NCBI GenBank assembly: GCA_041645165.1
Contig: JBAZQN010000006.1
Location: 4,933-68,932 of the forward strand
DNA from: Patescibacteria group bacterium
Lineage (GTDB): Bacteria; Patescibacteriota; Patescibacteriia; 2-02-FULL-49-11
DNA: 64,000 nt
Reading direction: 5' to 3'
Shown: positions 38,171 through 47,741 of the stretch, in pieces
Layout: each line of letters starts with the position of its first letter
Numbering within the stretch: position 1 is the first letter of the stretch
Translations under genes and position numbers: made by a program
Notes under the pieces: generated by a model
What the model saw: the letters and a program-made list of their open reading frames with translations, nothing else
Told to the model about the DNA's origin: nothing
Database searches by the model: none

Positions 38171-38496
38171 TTTTCTTTCTCGTCAGGTTTCGTTTGTGCG
38201 ACTTCTGTCTCCGCCTGTTTCGCTTCGATCTCTCTCTGCATGCGGCCGCCATGTCGCACAAATTTGCGGGTTAGGGAAAATTCCCCCAACCGATGCCCTA
38301 CCATATTCTCCACCACGAGGACTGGCACATGGATTTTGCCGTTATGCACGCCAAACACAAAGCCAACCATTTCCGGGGTAATGACGCTCGCGCGCGCCCA
38401 TGTTTTAATAACCGTTTTATCTCCGGATTTTAATGACTTCACGCGCTGCAAGAGTTTTTGATCTATGTAAGGCCCTTTTTTAAGTGAACGTGACAT
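38161..38496 (-). CDS. rpsS: 30S ribosomal protein S19
   Basis: [18 protein letters not shown]. Confidence 0.97.
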   Translation of the reverse strand: MSRSLKKGPYIDQKLLQRVKSLKSGDKTVIKTWARASVITPEMVGFVFGVHNGKIHVPVLVVENMVGHRLGEFSLTRKFVRHGGRMQREIEAKQAETEVAQTKPDEKEKPA

Positions 38497-38602
38497 ACCC
38501 GCCTAAATTTTGCACATTCTTTAAGTGCATTAATTGATTAATAATTCATTACTCGACATAGAGAATTACCATTTTAGCTACCCGCAAAACTTAGGCGGGC
38601 AT
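38494..38602 (-). mobile_element. start-codon element family B, copy B4 (109 bp, divergent loop)
   Basis: Same 19-bp termini, ends on the rpsS ATG. Confidence 0.88.
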
Positions 38603-38650
38603 ACTCCATAATTTTGGACTTTGGAATTTGGTTTTTGGATTATCAACATA

Positions 38651-39481
38651 TTAACTTCTTTTCTTAACGATAAACCTATTGGTCCATTTCCCTTTATTCC
38701 TGGTAGGAACGCCAAACGCGGGTTTCCCCCACGGAGTTTTGGGAAATTTCATGCCTATGGGATTGTGCCCTTCGCCTCCGCCGTGAGGATGGTCAACCGG
38801 GTTCATCGCCTTGCCGCGTACCTCTGGTCTCCACCCTAAATGACGCATACGGCCTGCCTTACCTAACCTCACTAAACGCTTATCAGGATTAGAAACTTGG
38901 CCCACTGAAGCGCATGCTTCTTTCGGAAAAAGCCGGATTTCCCCCGAGGGCAGCTTCACTTGGGCGAAATCCCCTTCCACGTTCATCACTATTGCATTCG
39001 TACCCGCGGATCGCACTATCTTTCCCCCTTGTCCAGGAACCAGTTCGATATTATACACCGGCTTACCGGTAGGGATATAAGAGAGGGGCATCCGGTTACC
39101 GGGGGTGGCTTCAATCTTGTGCATACTTGACATCACGGTAGTCCCCTGGTGAATATCCACCGGTGCGGGAATATAACGGCGTTCCTTATCAGGATATTCC
39201 ACCAATGCGATTGCGCTTGTCCGATTCGGGTCATATTCTACCGCAATCACTTTCGCAGGCACATCGAATCGGTCTTGGCGAAAATCAATGATCCGGTACA
39301 ACCGCTTATGGCCGCCTCCTCGATGCCGCACGGTGATTTTCCCTTGGGCATTCCTCCCCCCGCTCTTAGAAAGTGGGGTGACCAACGAACGCTCCGGCCG
39401 CTTGTCGGCAAAGCTTGTATGCGGAATGCTTGAGGCGCCGCGCCGTCCGGGACTTGTAGGTTTGTATAATTTTATAGCCAT
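38651..39481 (-). CDS. rplB: 50S ribosomal protein L2
   Basis: RHRGGGHK, EYDPNR, MNPVDHPHGGGEG. Confidence 0.98.
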   Translation of the reverse strand: MAIKLYKPTSPGRRGASSIPHTSFADKRPERSLVTPLSKSGGRNAQGKITVRHRGGGHKRLYRIIDFRQDRFDVPAKVIAVEYDPNRTSAIALVEYPDKERRYIPAPVDIHQGTTVMSSMHKIEATPGNRMPLSYIPTGKPVYNIELVPGQGGKIVRSAGTNAIVMNVEGDFAQVKLPSGEIRLFPKEACASVGQVSNPDKRLVRLGKAGRMRHLGWRPEVRGKAMNPVDHPHGGGEGHNPIGMKFPKTPWGKPAFGVPTRNKGKWTNRFIVKKRS

Positions 39482-39490
39482 ACCTTAATG

Positions 39491-39606
39491 GAAAATACCA
39501 AACTCTAAATCCTAAATAAATACAAAATTCGAAAATTCAAAAACAAAGTTTCGTCGTTTTTATTTTTTGGATTTGTTTAGAGTTTAGAATTTAGTGCTTA
39601 GGATTT
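39491..39606. repeat. heptamer-repeat hairpin
   Basis: aaatacc/aaactct/aaatcct versus tttagag/tttagaa. Confidence 0.75.
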
Positions 39607-39615
39607 ATCACTTTG

Positions 39616-40065
39616 CTACGTCTTTGACGCTGTTGCTAATACATCAATAGTTTTGCCTTTTGGGAGTGTTACTATCGCCTTTTTGTACGATTTTGTATAC
39701 CCATAGTGGCGCCCAAATCGAACTTTCTTGCCTTGATAATTTTGGATGTCAACGGATATTGGCCGCACCCCATAGGCTGCAGTGATTGCCTCTTTGACCG
39801 ATCCCTTGGTTGCGCGCGTATGCACGACAAACACATACTGGCCGAGCGCCGCACAGCGTGTAGACTTTTCTGACACCACAGGCTTCAAGAGCACTGAACC
39901 TCCCTCGCGATACAGAGGATAATCTCTGGGCGCCTTGGACGCTTTGTTACCCTTCTTCGTCTCAGGCTCCTGCGCTTTCTGCTCATCTTTTTGAGGCGCT
40001 TTGTCCTTCGGCGCAGCCCTCTGCACTACTTCATGTTTTCGCTTAAATCGGTCAAAAAAACCCAT
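39616..40065 (-). CDS. rplW: 50S ribosomal protein L23 (N-terminal extension)
   Basis: PVVSEKS, YKKAIVTL. Confidence 0.92.
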   Translation of the reverse strand: MGFFDRFKRKHEVVQRAAPKDKAPQKDEQKAQEPETKKGNKASKAPRDYPLYREGGSVLLKPVVSEKSTRCAALGQYVFVVHTRATKGSVKEAITAAYGVRPISVDIQNYQGKKVRFGRHYGYTKSYKKAIVTLPKGKTIDVLATASKT

Positions 40066-40078
40066 ACTCACTAATGAT

Positions 40079-40215
40079 AAATCCTAAATACTAAACTCTA
40101 AATCCTAAATTGCTCCTGTTGGGTGCCGAACTTTGAATTTCGGTCATTAAGATTTATTTAGGATTTCTCCCGCTCCTTGATTTTTTCTTTCTAAGGTATG
40201 CGGGATCCCGCCTGA
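40079..40215. repeat. heptamer-repeat hairpin with GC insert
   Basis: taaatcc/taaatac/taaactc versus tttagga; gcgggatcccgc insert. Confidence 0.7.
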
Positions 40216-40240
40216 GCGGTGAGGATTTAGTGCTTTGTAT

Positions 40241-40930
40241 TTATTCCTTCTTTTTACGCTTTACTCTGGTACGTTGCGCCAGGATTGGAATAACTCCCGG
40301 AACCATGAGAATCGTCCGGTATCCCGCCACATCTTCAATCGCGACATCATGAGCGCTCACGGTGCGCACGCCGGGCACATTCCTGCTGGCGCGTGTCATC
40401 ACTGCAGAGGACGCCTCCGGGAATACCACCAGCAACTCCTGCCTCTCTTTCGGCAATTGCACGTGCTTCAAATCCTCAATGTGTGCGCGCATTTCACGCA
40501 ACGCTGTCACAAACACCTTCGTTTTCGCTTCATTTAAAATAAATTCCTTTATCACCACGACATGCTTGGACTTGTATTGTGCGGAAAACGCCATTGCCAG
40601 CGCTTTTCGCGCGACCTTCACGTTCACCTTCCGCTCCCAATTGCGTTCATTCCGAGGGCCAAACACCACCCCGCCGCCTTTCCAAATGGGAGATCTGATA
40701 GAACCATGACGCGCGCGTCCGGTTCCTTTCTGGCGCCACGGTTTCTTCCCTCCCCCTCTCACTTCATCGCGCGTTTTGGTGTGTGCGGTTCCCGCGCGCG
40801 TGCTGGAAGCCCGGGAAATAAGCACCCTGTGAAGCAAGGATTTATCTACCTTCACGTCAAAAACCTCCGGAGGCAAATCAAGCTCCTCGGCAACGGTACC
40901 ATCTAAATTGTAGACCTTGGCCTTCTCCAT
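40241..40930 (-). CDS. rplD: 50S ribosomal protein L4
   Basis: KPWRQKGTGRARHGS.RSP.W.GGG. Confidence 0.97.
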   Translation of the reverse strand: MEKAKVYNLDGTVAEELDLPPEVFDVKVDKSLLHRVLISRASSTRAGTAHTKTRDEVRGGGKKPWRQKGTGRARHGSIRSPIWKGGGVVFGPRNERNWERKVNVKVARKALAMAFSAQYKSKHVVVIKEFILNEAKTKVFVTALREMRAHIEDLKHVQLPKERQELLVVFPEASSAVMTRASRNVPGVRTVSAHDVAIEDVAGYRTILMVPGVIPILAQRTRVKRKKKE

Positions 40931-40949
40931 ATTCACAATGCAAAATGTG

Positions 40950-41555
40950 TTAACCCTGAATAATAACCAAGCTGTTCCTCGCGCCCGGGAGCGCTCCTTT
41001 CACGTACATTAATCCTTGCTCCGGTTCAATTCTCACCACTTTCAATTTTTTCACGCTTACCCGCTCTCCCCCCATCCTCCCTGCCATCCTTGTTCCTTTA
41101 AAAACTCTTTGTACGCCGCCCGCGCCTATGCTCCCGGGCGCGCGGCCGCTGTCCTTATGGCCGTGGGAAGAAGGATGACCGTGAAAATGATGCCGCTTCA
41201 CGACGCCCGCGAATCCTTTGCCTTTTGAAGTGCCTGCCACTGACACCGTGTCACCCGGCTGAAAAATGTCAATCGGAATCTCTTTGCCGCGTGAAATATC
41301 CTTCGCTTCCTCTGCGGTACACTGGAAGGAGCGAAGATACTGGAAATGCGGAAGGTCTTTGAGATGCCCTTGCATTGGCTTGGTGGGATGTTTCACTTTC
41401 CCGTATCCAAGTTGCACCTCGACCGTGTCTTCTGTACGGTTTCTCACCTGCGTCACCGCGCATCCGGAAACATTCACCGCAGTGACCGGTACCGCAGTGC
41501 CATCTTCCTCAAAGAATCGCGTCATATTTAATTTTCTCCCTAAAATCACCTTCAT
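40950..41555 (-). CDS. rplC: 50S ribosomal protein L3
   Basis: SKGKGFAGVVKRH, RMAGRMG; probable start MKVILG at 41555. Confidence 0.96.
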   Translation of the reverse strand: MKVILGRKLNMTRFFEEDGTAVPVTAVNVSGCAVTQVRNRTEDTVEVQLGYGKVKHPTKPMQGHLKDLPHFQYLRSFQCTAEEAKDISRGKEIPIDIFQPGDTVSVAGTSKGKGFAGVVKRHHFHGHPSSHGHKDSGRAPGSIGAGGVQRVFKGTRMAGRMGGERVSVKKLKVVRIEPEQGLMYVKGALPGARNSLVIIQG

Positions 41556-41754
41556 AAACTGGTAACACAAACTAAAAACGAATACCACAACCAATACGTT
41601 CAGGGAAGCGGTATTCGCATCGCCAACGAAATACTGGTGTGTTGTGCCTTAAATGGAAACCTCATCTATTGCGCGTTAGTACTATAGGAGGAGGTAACCC
41701 CGCATTTGCGGGGTCGGTCCCCAGAATACCTAACGACAATTGTTTGAAAAGAAT

Positions 41755-42126
41755 CTACAACATTTTTATTTCGACATCTACGCCGGCGGGGAGATTCAAA
41801 TTCATGAGCTCGTCCACCGTCTTTGGTTTTGGATCTATAATATCGATAAGACGCTTATGAACCCTTATTTCGTACTGCTCCCGCGAATTCTTATGCACAA
41901 ACGCAGAACGAATAGTGGTATATTTCGTCTTTTCTGTCGGCAACGGCACCGGCCCTTTCAGCTGCGCGCCTGTCCTCTCTGCGGTTTCGATAATCGTGCG
42001 CGTCGACTGGTCCGCGATTTTATGGTCGTATGCCTTAATCTTAATCCGAATACGCTGCGGACCTTCCACTTCTTTCTCTACCGGCTTTGCCGTCTTTGCG
42101 TGAGTTGTAGGTTGTAATAGAGCCAT
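41755..42126 (-). CDS. rpsJ: 30S ribosomal protein S10
   Basis: [25 protein letters not shown]. Confidence 0.96.
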   Translation of the reverse strand: MALLQPTTHAKTAKPVEKEVEGPQRIRIKIKAYDHKIADQSTRTIIETAERTGAQLKGPVPLPTEKTKYTTIRSAFVHKNSREQYEIRVHKRLIDIIDPKPKTVDELMNLNLPAGVDVEIKML

Positions 42127-42152
42127 CGCCTAAGAAATCAGATCAACAACGT

Positions 42153-43355
42153 TTATTTATAAATCTTAATTACCGCACCCGCGCCTACCGTGTGCCCGCC
42201 TTCGCGGATCGCGAACCGCTGCTTCTCTTCCAATGCGACCGCTTTCTGAAGCACTACCTTAATCTGTACGGTATCTCCGGGCATCACCATTTCAGTGCCT
42301 TCAGGAAGGATGACCTCGCCGGTCACGTCAGTGGTGCGGATATAGAACTGCGGCTTGTATCCCTTGAAGAATGGCGTATGGCGGCCTCCCTCATCCTTGG
42401 AGAGGATATAGACTTGCCCTTCAAACTCGGTATGGGGCGTGGTGGTGCCGGGCTTGGCAATAACCTGCCCGCGCTCGACATCTTCTTTCTTCAAACCCCT
42501 CATAAGGCATCCTGCATTGTCGCCCGCGCGCCCTTCATCCAGCGACTTGTTGAACATTTCTATTCCCGTAATGACGGTCTTCTGGGTTTCTCTCAAACCA
42601 ACCACCTCGACCTCTTCGTTCACCTTAATAACGCCGCGCTCTACCCTCCCGGTCACGACGGTGCCGCGGCCTTCAATGGAAAAAATATCTTCGATCGGCA
42701 TAAGGAATGGCTGGTCAACCGCCCGCACCGGCTCCGGAATGTATTCATCAAGCGTCTCCGCGAGTTTGAGCACGGCTTTAAAATTCTCGCCGTCTTTATT
42801 GCCCGCGTTTGCCTCTTCAAGCGCTTTGAGCGCTGAGCCCCGTATGATGGGGGTCGTTTCCCCGGGGAATTCATATTTCTTGAGAAGTTCCCTTACCTCT
42901 TCTTCCACTAAATCCACCAAGTCTTTGTCGTCGACTTGGTCCACTTTATTCAAGAAAACAATGATATAGGGAACGCCCACTTGCCGCGCGAGCAAGATGT
43001 GTTCGCGAGTCTGGGGCATGGGGCCGTCAGCGGCGGATACTACAAGAATAGCGCCATCCATTTGGGCAGCGCCTGTAATCATGTTTTTCACGTAGTCCGC
43101 GTGTCCCGGGCAGTCAATGTGCGCGTAGTGACGCTTCGCGGTTTCATATTCCACGTGCGCGGTGTTGATGGTAATGCCGCGCGCTTTCTCTTCCGGCGCA
43201 TTGTCAATCTGATCAACACCCTTCTCCTGCGCGTTGAAACCTGCCACCTTCAGTACTTTCAGCATTGCGGCGGTCAAAGTCGTCTTGCCGTGGTCCACAT
43301 GGCCAATGGTGCCGACGTTGATATGTGGTTTTGTGCGTTCGTATTTGCCTGCCAT
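42153..43355 (-). CDS. tuf: elongation factor Tu
   Basis: [24 protein letters not shown]. Confidence 0.98.
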   Translation of the reverse strand: MAGKYERTKPHINVGTIGHVDHGKTTLTAAMLKVLKVAGFNAQEKGVDQIDNAPEEKARGITINTAHVEYETAKRHYAHIDCPGHADYVKNMITGAAQMDGAILVVSAADGPMPQTREHILLARQVGVPYIIVFLNKVDQVDDKDLVDLVEEEVRELLKKYEFPGETTPIIRGSALKALEEANAGNKDGENFKAVLKLAETLDEYIPEPVRAVDQPFLMPIEDIFSIEGRGTVVTGRVERGVIKVNEEVEVVGLRETQKTVITGIEMFNKSLDEGRAGDNAGCLMRGLKKEDVERGQVIAKPGTTTPHTEFEGQVYILSKDEGGRHTPFFKGYKPQFYIRTTDVTGEVILPEGTEMVMPGDTVQIKVVLQKAVALEEKQRFAIREGGHTVGAGAVIKIYK

Positions 43356-43402
43356 ACGTGTTTAAATTAATGATACTAATAAATTAATTCCCTACTTTAA
43401 TG

Positions 43403-43500
43403 TACTTCTGCGTGCATCTGCGTTACTTTCTGCGTATATCTGCTTCTATGCCTCATAAGATGCGGAAGAACACTGATAATGACGCAGAATAACGCAGAAA
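43403..43500. repeat. 9-mer repeat hairpin (TCTGCGT / ACGCAGA)
   Basis: tctgcgt x3 versus acgcaga x2. Confidence 0.65.
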
Positions 43501-43709
43501 GATTGAAATTCCGATACAATAAATATTATGTTTCAAGACCTAAAGCGCTCGTCATAAAGAGAGTCTTTAAATACAGCCCTGATTGTAGCAAGATATTACC
43601 ATTAATGCAAGGGTGTAATTTCCACGGTCTGGCGTTTTATTTAAATAAAGTAAATATTTCTCTAGAATTAGCCAAGAAATACTAAACACTCACTAACTCT
43701 CTTTTACCA

Positions 43710-43845
43710 GTAATTGCTCACTTACTTAAACCTATAAGCGAAGGAATACCAATTTTTCGAGGATTTAGGCGTATCAAGCGGCTAGGTCGCGTCCGCAGAA
43801 AAATTGTGTATTCCTGAGTGGGAAAGAACCTGAGTGAGCAATTAC
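43710..43845. repeat. structured element family D, copy 3, terminal IR includes the fusA stop
   Basis: GTAATTGCTCACT / AGTGAGCAATTAC; inner CGAAGGAATAC..CGAGGA..TCCGCAG..GTATTCCTGAGT. Confidence 0.65.
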
Positions 43846-45953
43846 CCTCTCCTCTTCACCCCGCTTCTTGTTTCCTGGATAGCCAGTGCGATCTGCTTGG
43901 GCACTTCTTCATAATGGGAAAATTCCATGGTGTTGGAAGCGCGCCCCTGTGTCATTGAGCGCAGGGTGGTCGCATAGCCGAACATCTCCGCCAGAGGGAC
44001 GAGCGCATCGATAATCTTCACGCCGCTGCGGTCCCGCATCTCTTTGATCTGTCCGCGCTTCGCATTCAAATCTCCTATCACCTCGCCCAGAAATTCTTCC
44101 GGCGTTATTACTTCCACTTTCATGATAGGTTCGAGCAACACGGGCAACGCTCTTTTGCACGCTTCCTGGAACGCGAATGATCCCGCGAGTTTGAATGCCG
44201 CTTCCGATGAATCGACTTCGTGGTACGAACCGTCATACACGGTGACCGTCATGTCAATCACGGGATATCCCGCGACGACGCCGTTCTCAAGCGCTTCTTT
44301 CACGCCCTTCTCAATGGCGGGGATATACTCGCGCGGAATGGACGCTCCTTTTATTTCATCGATGAACTCGTAGCCCTTCCCCCGCTCTTGCGGCGCCACT
44401 CTCAGCCAGCAATGGCCGTATTGCCCGCGCCCGCCTGTCTGCCGGATGTATTTCCCTTCCCCTTCCGCCTCATCTTTGATCGTTTCTTTATATGCCACCT
44501 GCGGCTTGCCCACGGTCGCGCCGACACTGAACTCGCGCTTCATTCTTTCCACAATAATTTCAAGATGCAGCTCACCCATGCCTGAAATAATGGTCTCGAG
44601 CGTTTCCTCGTCTGTCCTGATGCGGAAGGTGGGATCTTCCTCCGCAAGACGCTGGAGCGCGATGCCCATTTTTTCCTGATCCACTTTCGTCTTCGGCTCG
44701 ATCGCGACAGAGATAACCGGCTCGGGAAATACAATGGACTCGAGCAATATAGGATGGTCCGGATCGCACAAGGTATGGCCGGTAGAAGTGCTCTTCAATC
44801 CCACCGCCGCGGCGATCTCTCCTGCAAACACTTCATCCACATCTTCCCGGTGATTCGCATGGAGCCGCACGATCCTGCTGATGCGCTCGCGCTCTCCATT
44901 GCTTACATTGAGGACGTATGATCCTGAGGTCAGGTGCCCGGCATACACGCGGAAAAAAGTGAGTTTTCCCACATAGGGGTCAGCCGCAACCTTAAAGGCA
45001 AGCGCAGTAAACGGCTCATCATCCGATGCCTTGCGTGAAACCGCGGCGCCGGTCTTGGGATCAGATGCCACTAAATCAGGCACATCCAAAGGAGAAGGAA
45101 GATATTCCACGATTGCGTCAAGAAGGAATTGCACTCCTTTATTTTTCAGCGCAGAACCGCAAAGGATGGGGATAATCTTGCACTGGATCACTGCCTTTCT
45201 CAATACTGCTTTTAATTCCCCCAAGGCGGGCTCCTTGCCTTCCAAGTACTGGCGCATGAGGGTATCGTCATTTTCCACTATTGCCTCAATGAGCGCGTGG
45301 CGCGCGGTTTCCGCAACTTTGCTTAATTCAGCGGGGATTTCTTCTTCAGTAATTTCCTTACCCCATTCGTCATGGTACAGGTATGCCTTGCGAGTAAGGA
45401 GATCAATGATGCCTTTGAATTTTTCCTCATCTCCGATGGGGATCTGGAGCGGGTACGCATTCTTGGCGAGCCTTGTGTGTATGCTCTTCACGTCCGCCCA
45501 AAAATCCGCGCCCATCCGGTCGAGCTTATTGATGAAACACATGCGGGGCACATTGTAGCCGTCCGCATAACGCCAGTTCGTCTCGCTTTGCGGTTCCACT
45601 CCTGCCACGCCGTCAAACACCACGACGGCGCCGTCAAGCACCCTCAAACTTCTCTTCACTTCCACGGTAAAGTCAATGTGGCCCGGAGTATCGATGAGGT
45701 TCAGCCGGTGCTTATTGCCAGGATCGGACGTCGGCGCCCAGAAACAAGTCGTCGCGGCAGCGGTAATGGTGATGCCGCGCTCCTTCTCCTGCTCCATCCA
45801 GTCCATTTCAGCCGCGCCTTCATGGACCTCCCCGATCTTATGCTTCTTGCCAGTATAAAACAGCACGCGTTCAGACACGGTGGTTTTTCCCGCGTCAATG
45901 TGGGCGATAATGCCGAAATTTCTCGTTTTCTCTAATGAATATTCCCGTGGCAT
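43842..45953 (-). CDS. fusA: elongation factor G
   Basis: [21 protein letters not shown]. Confidence 0.98.
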   Translation of the reverse strand: MPREYSLEKTRNFGIIAHIDAGKTTVSERVLFYTGKKHKIGEVHEGAAEMDWMEQEKERGITITAAATTCFWAPTSDPGNKHRLNLIDTPGHIDFTVEVKRSLRVLDGAVVVFDGVAGVEPQSETNWRYADGYNVPRMCFINKLDRMGADFWADVKSIHTRLAKNAYPLQIPIGDEEKFKGIIDLLTRKAYLYHDEWGKEITEEEIPAELSKVAETARHALIEAIVENDDTLMRQYLEGKEPALGELKAVLRKAVIQCKIIPILCGSALKNKGVQFLLDAIVEYLPSPLDVPDLVASDPKTGAAVSRKASDDEPFTALAFKVAADPYVGKLTFFRVYAGHLTSGSYVLNVSNGERERISRIVRLHANHREDVDEVFAGEIAAAVGLKSTSTGHTLCDPDHPILLESIVFPEPVISVAIEPKTKVDQEKMGIALQRLAEEDPTFRIRTDEETLETIISGMGELHLEIIVERMKREFSVGATVGKPQVAYKETIKDEAEGEGKYIRQTGGRGQYGHCWLRVAPQERGKGYEFIDEIKGASIPREYIPAIEKGVKEALENGVVAGYPVIDMTVTVYDGSYHEVDSSEAAFKLAGSFAFQEACKRALPVLLEPIMKVEVITPEEFLGEVIGDLNAKRGQIKEMRDRSGVKIIDALVPLAEMFGYATTLRSMTQGRASNTMEFSHYEEVPKQIALAIQETRSGVKRRG

Positions 45954-46161
45954 ACCCGCCTAAATTTTGCACTTCATTAAGTGCATAATATGGTAATAAG
46001 GAATGAATCGACCAAATGAATCTATACCTAGTGCCGTTACAATTTAATTCGGCTATAACTGATATGCTTATTTTACCATCTGTATTGAAATACTAATCTC
46101 TTGCGTGTCGCAAAACTTAATTGTAACGGTACTAGTTCATGCCCGCAAAACTTAGGCGGGC
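45951..46161 (-). mobile_element. start-codon element family B, copy B5, with nested insertion
   Basis: B termini ending on the fusA ATG, enlarged by the 46028-46135 insert; lacks the 5' ATG. Confidence 0.85.
46028..46135. mobile_element. 108-bp CTAG-ended MITE-like element nested in B5
   Basis: CTAGTGCCGTTACAATT / AATTGTAACGGTACTAG, 16 of 17 inverted repeat. Confidence 0.7.
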
Positions 46162-46177
46162 GAATATGAAGTTTGAT

Positions 46178-46330
46178 GGTGAAGCTCCACGGCTTTATAG
46201 CCGTGGCATCTTCACGTTCTTCGGCGGAACCCGCCGAAGCGTATCCGCCTTCGCTTGGAGGCTACGGCGGATTACCCGCATCGCATTCATCCACCCCGCC
46301 ATGGCGGGGTGGCTTTCTGCGGAGGCGGGT
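46178..46330. mobile_element. IS200/IS605-like non-autonomous palindromic element (PATE-like)
   Basis: CCACGGCTTTATAGCCGTGG left-end-like hairpin and ATTCATCCACCCCGCCATGGCGGGGTGGCTTTC right-end-like hairpin, no ORF. Confidence 0.55.
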
Positions 46331-46618
46331 AAAAAAATAAATCCTCCCCTTCTCTCTCCCTCCTTCTCCTTCCGCAATCGTGCGTGAGCGCATGAACCTT
46401 CACTTGATGATCGGGGTAAACTGATTTTCGCAGCGATTTTTCTTCAGCGAGAGCTGCGCTTGCGAAACCCTCCGCAACCGGCCCCAGCACGGTCTCTGAT
46501 GTCAGTCGGAGTGGGGCTGGTGAGGCGGAGTGCGGTCCCGCGCTGGCGGGACCGACACGTGTTTCGCAATGTGCAACTCGAGCGACTGCGTGAGTCCATC
46601 ATCGGCAATCCCGAGCGT

Positions 46619-47089
46619 CTACCCATAGCGGGCGAAATGCGCAAACGCGCGGTTCGCTTCCGCCATTCTCTGCATATCCATTTTCTTTTTCATGGCCGCG
46701 CCCTCACCCTTCGCCGCCTCCTGCAGCTCTTCCAGAAGTTTCTTGTGCATCGGTTTTCCTTTCCGGGCTCTTGAGGCATCAATAATCCACCGGAACGCGA
46801 GCGTGTTCCTGCGGTCGGGATTTACGGGAAATGGAATTTGATAGTTGGCGCCCCCAATCCTGCGCGGCCGTATTTCCAGCGCCGGCCCTACATTCTTCAT
46901 GGCCATATCAAACACCGTGAGCGGGTCAGCGCCTGCGCTTTTAATGGCATCAAACGTGCGGTAGAGCACATTTTGCGCGGTTGATTTCTTCCCGCGCCGC
47001 ATGAGGTAATTGATGAATTTCGCAATCGTCACCGATCCAAACTTTGGATCCGGCGCAATTTTTCTCTTTGGTGCTTTCTTTCCACGCAT
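46619..47089 (-). CDS. rpsG: 30S ribosomal protein S7
   Basis: GKKSTA, RRIGGANYQIP, MAEANRAFAHF; probable start 47089. Confidence 0.97.
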   Translation of the reverse strand: MRGKKAPKRKIAPDPKFGSVTIAKFINYLMRRGKKSTAQNVLYRTFDAIKSAGADPLTVFDMAMKNVGPALEIRPRRIGGANYQIPFPVNPDRRNTLAFRWIIDASRARKGKPMHKKLLEELQEAAKGEGAAMKKKMDMQRMAEANRAFAHFARYG

Positions 47090-47096
47090 AATAACT

Positions 47097-47200
47097 AAAT
47101 CAAAATGCAAAATGCAAATCTCAAAATGATGGTATTACGTCCCGCTGAGGCGGGACTCCATAATTTTGATTTTTGGACTTTGATTTTTGGATTAGCATTT
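47097..47200. repeat. heptamer-repeat hairpin with GC insert
   Basis: caaaatg repeats versus ttttgat/tttggac; gtcccgctgaggcgggac insert. Confidence 0.75.
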
Positions 47201-47626
47201 TCATTTCTTCGCCTTCTCCCGCTTCGCGCCGTACCGCGACCTTCCCTGTTTCCTCGCCTGCACGCCGCCGGTATCATAGACTCCCCGCACAATATGATAG
47301 CGCACCCCGGGCAAATCCTTTACCCTGCCGCCGCGCACCAATACAATGGAGTGTTCCTGCAAATTATGCCCCTCGCCGGGGATGTACACAGTCGCTTCTT
47401 CGCCGTTCGAGAGCCTCACGCGGGCGATCTTCCGTAAAGCAGAGTTCGGTTTCTTGGGCGTCATGGTGGTCACCTTGAGGCACACCCCGCGCTTATAGGG
47501 GTTTCCTTTATCAAGCGTTTTCCTTCTGCGCGTAAGCACGTTAAACACCGTCTGCATGGCAGGCGATTTGGTCTTGCGCTTGAGGCTCTTCCGCCCTTGG
47601 CGGACTAATTGGTTAATGGTCGGCAT
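47201..47626 (-). CDS. rpsL: 30S ribosomal protein S12
   Basis: [30 protein letters not shown]. Confidence 0.98.
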   Translation of the reverse strand: MPTINQLVRQGRKSLKRKTKSPAMQTVFNVLTRRRKTLDKGNPYKRGVCLKVTTMTPKKPNSALRKIARVRLSNGEEATVYIPGEGHNLQEHSIVLVRGGRVKDLPGVRYHIVRGVYDTGGVQARKQGRSRYGAKREKAKK

Positions 47627-47741
47627 AAAAAATCGGTATAAGACGATAAGTCCTATACGTCCTTATCATATGACCTATACGACTTAAGTTACTTATTACG
47701 CTTTATAATTTACCAATTCTTTTAAAAAGTGTCAAACTGCC

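Noticed and set aside
33902-38602. CRISPR array interpretation of the repeated elements
   Set aside because: Copies are dispersed between genes, not regularly spaced with unique spacers; no cas genes
41556-41754. rpsJ-rplC spacer as another mobile insert
   Set aside because: No similarity to the repeat families; could be an ordinary r-protein leader, not classifiable by eye
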